64,000 nt of DNA from Octopus vulgaris. Lineage: Eukaryota. Numbering within the stretch: the stretch's first letter is position 1; every line of letters begins with the position of its first letter. The stretch lies in contig OX597837.1 in assembly GCA_951406725.2 (NCBI GenBank), forward strand, positions 24,118,001 to 24,182,000, written 5' to 3'. This document shows positions 57,501-64,000 of this stretch, piece after piece. The position numbers and the translations under genes are program-made. Under the pieces are notes generated by a model. The model was given only the letters and a program-made list of their open reading frames with translations, ran no database searches and was not told the DNA's origin.

Positions 57501-58435
57501 TGTATGAATGTATGTATGTATGTATGTATGTTTATATGTATGTATGCCTATATGTATGTATGCATATATGTATGTATATATGCATATATGTATGTATGCA
57601 TGTATGTATGTATGTATGTATGTATGTATGTATGTATGTATGTATGTATGCATGCATGTATGTTTATATGTATGCAAATATGCATATATTTATGTATGTA
57701 TGCATATATGTATGTATGCATGTATGTTTATATGTATGTATGCCTATATGTATGTATGCATAAATGTATGTATATATGCATATATGTATGTATGCATGTA
57801 TGTATGTATGTATGTACGTATGTATGCATGTATGTTTATATGTATGCAAATATGCATATATTTATGTATGTATGCATATATGTATGTATGCATGTATGTT
57901 TATATGTATGTATGCCTATATGTATGTATGCATATATGTATGTATGTATATATGCATATATGTATGTATTCATGTATGTATGTATGTATGTATGTATGTA
58001 TGTATGTATGTATGTATGTTTATATGTATGTATACATGCATATATGTATGTATGCATGTATGTATGTATGTATGTATGTATGTATGTATGTCCGTATGTA
58101 TGCATGTATGTTTGTTTATATGTATGCAAATATGCATATATTTATGTATGTATGCATATATGTATGTATGCATGTATGTTTATATGTATGTATGCCTATA
58201 TGTATGTATGTATATATGCATATATGTATGTATTCATGTATGTATGTATGTATGTTTATATGTATGTATACATGCATATATGTATGTATGCATGTATGTA
58301 TGTATGTATGTATGTATGTATGTATGTATGTATGTATGTATGTTTGTTTATATGTATGCAAATATGCATATATTTATGTATGTATGCATATATGTATGTA
58401 TACATGCATGTATGTCTATATGTATGTAAGTATGA
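57375..58435. repeat. (TATG)n with higher-order repeats
   Basis: Recurring GCAAATATGCATATATTTATG landmarks. Confidence 0.9.
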
Positions 58436-58560
58436 ACTACGTGCATATGTATGAATATATTTTCTGATGCGTATGGCTATGTGCGTGAATAAGTATGCGT
58501 GCATGACTGAATGTGTGCGATGAGTATGCGTGTGTATATTTATATTATATGTATGTTCGA

Positions 58561-59160
58561 AGGCGGCGAGCTGGCAGAAACGTTAGCACGCCGGGCGAAA
58601 TGCGTAGCCGTATTTCGTCTGCCGTTACGTTCTGAGTTCAAATTCCGCCGAGGTCGACTTTGCCTTTATTCCTTTCGGGGTCGATAAATTAAGTACCAGT
58701 TACGCACTGGGGTCGATGTAATCGACTTAATCCGTTTGCCTGTCCTTGTTTGTCCTCCCTGTGTTTAGCCCCTTGTGAGTAGTAAAGAAATAGGTATTTC
58801 GTCTGCCGTTACGTTCTGAGTTCAAAATCCGCCGAGGTCGACTTTGCCTATCATCCTTTCGGGGTCGATTAGATAAGCACCAGTTACGCACTAGGGTCTA
58901 TATAATCGACTTAATCCGTGTGTCTGTCCTTGTTTATCCCCTCTGTGTTTAGCCTCTTGTGGGTAGTAAAGAAATAGGTATTTCGTCTGCCACTGCGTTC
59001 TGAGTTCAAATTCCGCCGAGGTCGACTTTGCCTTTCATCCTTTCGGGGTCGATAAATTAAGTACCAGTTACGCACTGGGGTCGATATAATCGACTTAATC
59101 CCTTTGTCTGTCCTTGTTTGTCCTCTCTATGCTTAGCCCCTTGTGGGCAATAAAGAAATA
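58561..59160 (+). mobile_element. SINE family D trimer (one head plus three 184-bp body units)
   Basis: GTATTTCGTCTGCC starts at 58610, 58794 and 58978. Confidence 0.9.
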
Positions 59161-59431
59161 TGAATCGTTAGTGCGCCGGGCAAAATGCTTAGTGACATTT
59201 CGTCCGCCTTTAAGCTACTTACCACACAGCCACCTCTGCGCCTATATGTGTATGTGTGTGTATATACTTGTAGATGTATATAAGTGTCTGCAGGCGTTTG
59301 TATACATGTACGTATGTTTGCGGGGGAAGTGCTTATTTCTACCGGAAAATCCTGTTATTTCTTTAGAATTAAACATTATTATTTGCTTGTTTTGTTCTGC
59401 AGCTAAAAAACTTTTACACACACACACGCAT

Positions 59432-59501
<70 letters not shown>

Positions 59502-59798
59502 GCACGCACGCACACACACACAAACACACACACAAATAAACTCAGGGAAAGTGAAACGCGCGCGCGCGCGCGCTCGTGAAGCAACAGGGCAGCTTCTACG
59601 TTGACATGCGGCATGCTAGAAATAACAGTCACATCTCCCTCGTCTCACACAATGCCATCTTTAGAAAAAGAAAGCCGGAATGTCAGCCCGGTCGTCATTG
59701 CAGTATTACAAACCCTTCCCATCCCAGGGTAATTCAGTGCACTGGCCCCTATTAGTATTTATTGACAGAAGCCACTACATTCATAGAGCAGACTTGGG

Positions 59799-59978
59799 CA
59801 CTAACGTAGCCGGGGGGGGGGGGGCGGTTCGCCCCGGGCGGCACTTTTAAAGGGGCACCGCTTTTGGGTCTGCTATAGGCAATATGTGATTTTTGTGGGG
59901 GCGGCAAACGGAAGGGGACGCCTCGGGCGGCAAACGGAAGGGCCGCCCCGGGCGACATTCATTCTTGCTACGCTAGTG
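59799..59978. mobile_element. GC-rich hAT MITE
   Basis: TIRs CACTAACGTAGC / GCTACGCTAGTG. 8-bp TSD gacttggg/gacttgga. Confidence 0.8.
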
Positions 59979-60599
59979 GACTTGGACCCCTAAACCCATG
60001 TGGTGACAGCCCAGTGTACCCATGTCTAAAGAGTAGCTGTGTGGTAAGTAGCTTGCTAACCAACCACATGGTTCCGGGTTCAGTCCCACTGCGTGGCACC
60101 TTGGGCAACAGTGATGGAAATGACCTGGTTTTTCCACTGGGATGAAGATGGAAACAGACGAAAGAGCGAGGCTGATGGTGTGCAACTTCAAATAAAGTTA
60201 CGGTGCCAGTCATCAGTTATCTTAGAGGTGACTTGATGGCCTTCGAGGCCCTGACGTACGAAAATGTTGCATGTATGCATGTACGTACATATATGTATGA
60301 ATAAAATAAGTACCAGTTGAACACTGGAGTCGGTGTAATCGAGTTGTCGCGAACTCTAGTGAACTTCCTCTCTCTATTATATATATATATATATATATAT
60401 AATGAGATGGGGGTTGTAAATTCAACCCTCCATGAGATAACATATATCCAATATACTGCTAGAGAAGTACCCAACAAAGCTAATACATAAATGTTAAGAA
60501 TTGCGATGCAATTAATTCATTTACTGTATTAGGTGGGCAACGGTAAAATTATTTTTACCATAAATTAATAATACAAAATGAGTCTCCATTTTCTCATTT

Positions 60600-60637
<38 letters not shown>

Positions 60638-60735
60638 ATCCAAACATGAAAACACAAAGAGAAAACACAGCAACGCGAGGACGTGGAATAAGTATAGTGT
60701 TATTGGACGCTCAGGAAAGGAAAGAAAGAAGGAGG

Positions 60736-60770
60736 ATTTAACGTTTCGAGCGGAGTTCTTCGTCAGAAAC
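60736..60770 (-). ncRNA. Minimal type I hammerhead ribozyme (Penelope type)
   Basis: gttt-CTGACGA-a-gaac/gctc-GAAA-cg-TT-aaat. One mismatch in stem II. Confidence 0.6.
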
Positions 60771-61814
60771 ATGGAAATAGGAAAGATCCAAGGAAGGGAA
60801 GACAGAGGGAAAAAAATCGCCAACGATACACACGCGAGTAGATAACAGCTAACCTTTGGCCTCTGTTTTGACCCCGTTGTGTCCAGTACTCTGATTGGTT
60901 GGTATTGGCGCAATTAGTCTCTTACTCCATCGTGCGTTAATATGCAACCTAACCAATCGCAACCACCAAATAAATCACGTGAGACAATCTGTTCTAAACT
61001 CCAATTTTGAACCTACCATTAGCTATAAAATCTCACCTCCTCCTAGTCTCGAGGTCTGTTGGTTCCATACCTTCTAAGGTTTAACCACTGACCACACGAC
61101 AGCCAGTTCCAGCGACGACGCCAGACAACAGCATTACAGCGACCTCCATCTTTGTCGCCACCATCATGTCTCTCACTGACGTCGTCAGCAACATCTCTAC
61201 ACAGCACCAACAACACTGCACAGGTTCTAACATATCGCTGTTCGTGAACAACATCACCATGGTTAACGGCAAACATACAACTCACGCAGATGCATGTAGA
61301 TATATGAATAAGTGTTCATCAACCATTTCTATTTATCATTCAGCTTGTATATATGTGTGGCCGGCATTAAAGACATTTAAAGTTACCACCTTGTACTATG
61401 TATTTCTTTATACCGTGTTCCTGTCAAATGATATTACAGCCTTCTGAGTAGAGTCACATTAGGTGGCTCCACAACCTATCTATAGAGTAATTCCTTCCCC
61501 CGAATTTACTGGCCTTGTACCAAAATTTGAAACTAAAGTAATATACTTATAGAGTAGAGTCTGATGTTTATAAATCAACTTAAAATTCTTAAAATATATC
61601 ATAACGTACCATGCATGCAGTATGAGGCATTATGAAAATTAAACAAAAAAAAATTTTAAGAACATGAAAAGTAATGTTTGTTGCCACTTCAACATGGCTT
61701 TTCCTTATGGATTTAGCAACTACCATTTTCTTTAACCCCGGGAGGACATCTTCGCCAGCTGATTAACGACATAATCCGTGTCCAATATACTGCGAGCAGG
61801 GAAGCGAACCCCTA

Positions 61815-61900
61815 CCATCTAGCAGTGACAAAACCAGTAGACCAGTCTGGTTTCAGGATATTTCCCTTCGTCAGTACTGGATACCTATCTGCTAGACATG
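61815..61900 (-). ncRNA. Type I hammerhead ribozyme with GUC site and extended stem I
   Basis: ccagta-CTGACGA-a-ggga/tcct-GAAA-ccag/ctgg-TC-tactgg (61880-61834), plus a distal ctagcag/ctgctag helix. Confidence 0.8.
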
Positions 61901-62486
61901 GCAGTATATAGAAAAATAAGCGACATTCAGCGTAAAGAACACGATTATATTTAAAAGATACGGCTGCAAATTAGTACGCTAATAAAGCAGAGTATTTTAA
62001 TGTTTATCAATGCATTTGAAAATAATTAAGAACAAAACAGCTTTTAACACACCGTATGCAAATTAGCTTCGAAAACCGGGTCTGTTTACTCAATGCAGAG
62101 TGCTGTATATTGCACGGAATTGCAGTGTTCTCCAGATTTCTTGAAATTCCGGATTTCTGGAAGAGCCGGATAAGAGGTCCGGTACTGTGCCACCTCCAGC
62201 CCTACTGACTTAAGAACGAATATACCGGTTATTGCGTTGTTGTTAAAGTTGAAAGTCGTGCAGAGTTGTGGTGGTGGTGGAGGCAGCGGTGGCATTGATG
62301 GTGGTAATAGTGGTACAGAAAGGTACTGATAAATAGTGGTGGTGTGAGCGAGGGTGGGTGGTAGTTGAGGTGGTGGTGGTTGCGGTGGGTGGTGTGACGC
62401 AGCATATTTGTTGCAATGGCATTAGGGAATAATGGTGGTGGTGATAGTAGTAGTAGTAGTAGTAGTAGTAATAGTAGTAGTAGTAG

Positions 62487-62569
<83 letters not shown>

Positions 62570-63719
62570 ATTGGCTGAAGCGGTGGTTTTTTGGTGCAAC
62601 AGCTTTGATCGGCGAACTGAAGTTCTTTATTCACGTGGGACATATTCTCACTAGATTGACGAGAGAAACACCTTAAAAATAGAGTAGATATGTAGATATG
62701 CTTGTCCCAAGCAAGTAATTAATGCACATACACATGTTTGTGCGTGTACGTGTGTGTGTGTGAGTGTGTATGTGTGTATGTGTGTTTGTGCATTTGTATA
62801 CATAGATAATTGTCTGTCTAAATATGTACACAAGTTCTGTATATATGCGCCCTTGATAATGCACAACCAATTTTCGCTATACACACACGTATACTTGTAT
62901 TATACACATGCATCAGTATTCCTTTGTGCCTCTCTATGAAGTATATGTATACGCTGACCTGTATATGTATGTGTCAGCGAATGTTACATATGTATGCATG
63001 CATGTATGTATGCACTAGGGTAGCCGAGCCTGCTAGGTAAGGAGGGTGGTTTTCATTGGACACCCAGCAGAACGTAAAACAAAACCTGTCAAAGGACGGC
63101 TGGGAATGAGAAACTCCCTAGACCAGCAGTTCTTAGCCATTTTTCGCCTATGGATCCCCTTCGAATCCTTTTTTTATTCGGATGGACCCACTCCGTCCCC
63201 CTTAGCATTTCGATGTTTAAAAAGTTCCCAGGCGTAGGAGTAGCTGTGTGGTAAGTAGCTTGCCTTGGGCAAGTGTCTTCTACTATAGCCGCGGGCCGAC
63301 CAAAGCCTTATGAGTGGATTTGGTGGACGGAAACTGAAAGAAGCCCGTCGTACATTTGTATATATATATGTATGTGTGTGTATATGTTTGTGTGTCTGTG
63401 TCTTCCCACCTCCGCCTCCAACATCGCTTGACAACCGATACTGGTGTGTTTACGTTCCCGTAAAAGAGACCGATAGAATAAGTACTAGGCTTACAGAGAA
63501 TAAGTCCTGGGGTCGATATACTCGACTAAAGGCGGTGCTCCAGCATGGCCACATTCAAATGACTGAAACAAGTAAAAGAGTAAAAGAGTAACTATATTTC
63601 TATAATTAAATATTATTAGGATTTGTATTTAAAAAATTGCTAGAATATTTCATGCATTGTAGAAATATAAGTAATTTATTGCTTATAAATTTTAACAACA
63701 AAATTTTATAGGATTCGAC

Positions 63720-63985
63720 TGACCCGATTAACGGAACAGCCAACTCGTGAAATTAATATGCAAGTGGATGAGACAAGCGTATCCTTAGCATAGTTCTCAG
63801 GGAGATTCAGCGTGACACAAAATGTGACAAAGCTGTCCCTTTGAAATACAGGTACGACTCATCTTTACCAGTTGAGCGAACTGGAGCAACGTGAAATAAA
63901 GTGTCTTACTCAAGGACACAACGTGAGCCGAATACCCTACGATCATGAGCCCGAATGCTCTAACCACTAAGCCACGCATCTTCAC
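63720..63985 (-). mobile_element. SINE with body B and the family A tail
   Basis: Core matches 2940-3200. Tail GTACCTGTATTTCAAAGGG...AATTTCACGAG matches family A. Confidence 0.7.
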
Positions 63986-64000
63986 TCGGGTCACGTAGAC

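Noticed and set aside
58561-59160. Regular repeats as a CRISPR-like array
   Set aside because: Whole 184-bp units repeat with no unique spacers, in eukaryotic context.
61043-61285. Short minus-strand ORFs as the mucin first exon
   Set aside because: No convincing signal peptide, and the 3' end runs into a dispersed repeat.

Overview
Eukaryotic, AT-rich, microsatellite-dense animal DNA. The SINE families point to an octopus genome (inference from repeat content). One protein-coding gene can be reconstructed on the minus strand. It is a membrane-tethered SEA-domain mucin with a ~5.4-kb Pro/Thr/Ser exon (34028-28633) and four in-phase downstream exons (24372-24308, 23112-22955, 20838-20726, 17154-16867). 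These encode FRQG/SVVV (SEA autocleavage motif), a PNWGIAIIV transmembrane helix and a Tyr-containing tail, with intron phases like those of vertebrate MUC1. The signal-peptide exon was not found. The rest is mobile DNA and simple repeats: several tRNA-derived SINE families (with TSDs, swapped modules and tandem multimers), decayed L2/CR1-group and RTE LINEs, two (AAT)n-targeted R4/Dong-like fragments, a DD37D maT transposon, hAT/MULE/pogo MITEs and a Helitron. The most unusual signal is a set of at least seven hammerhead-ribozyme-like motifs. Most are minimal Penelope-type motifs at the centre of fold-back inverted repeats. They include covariant G3-C8 and U3-A8 cores, one full-length GUC hammerhead, and one tRNA-headed (AAT)n element with a hammerhead tail. 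Almost all other ORFs in the track are microsatellite or antisense artefacts. All structures were read by eye; no searches or folding were run.
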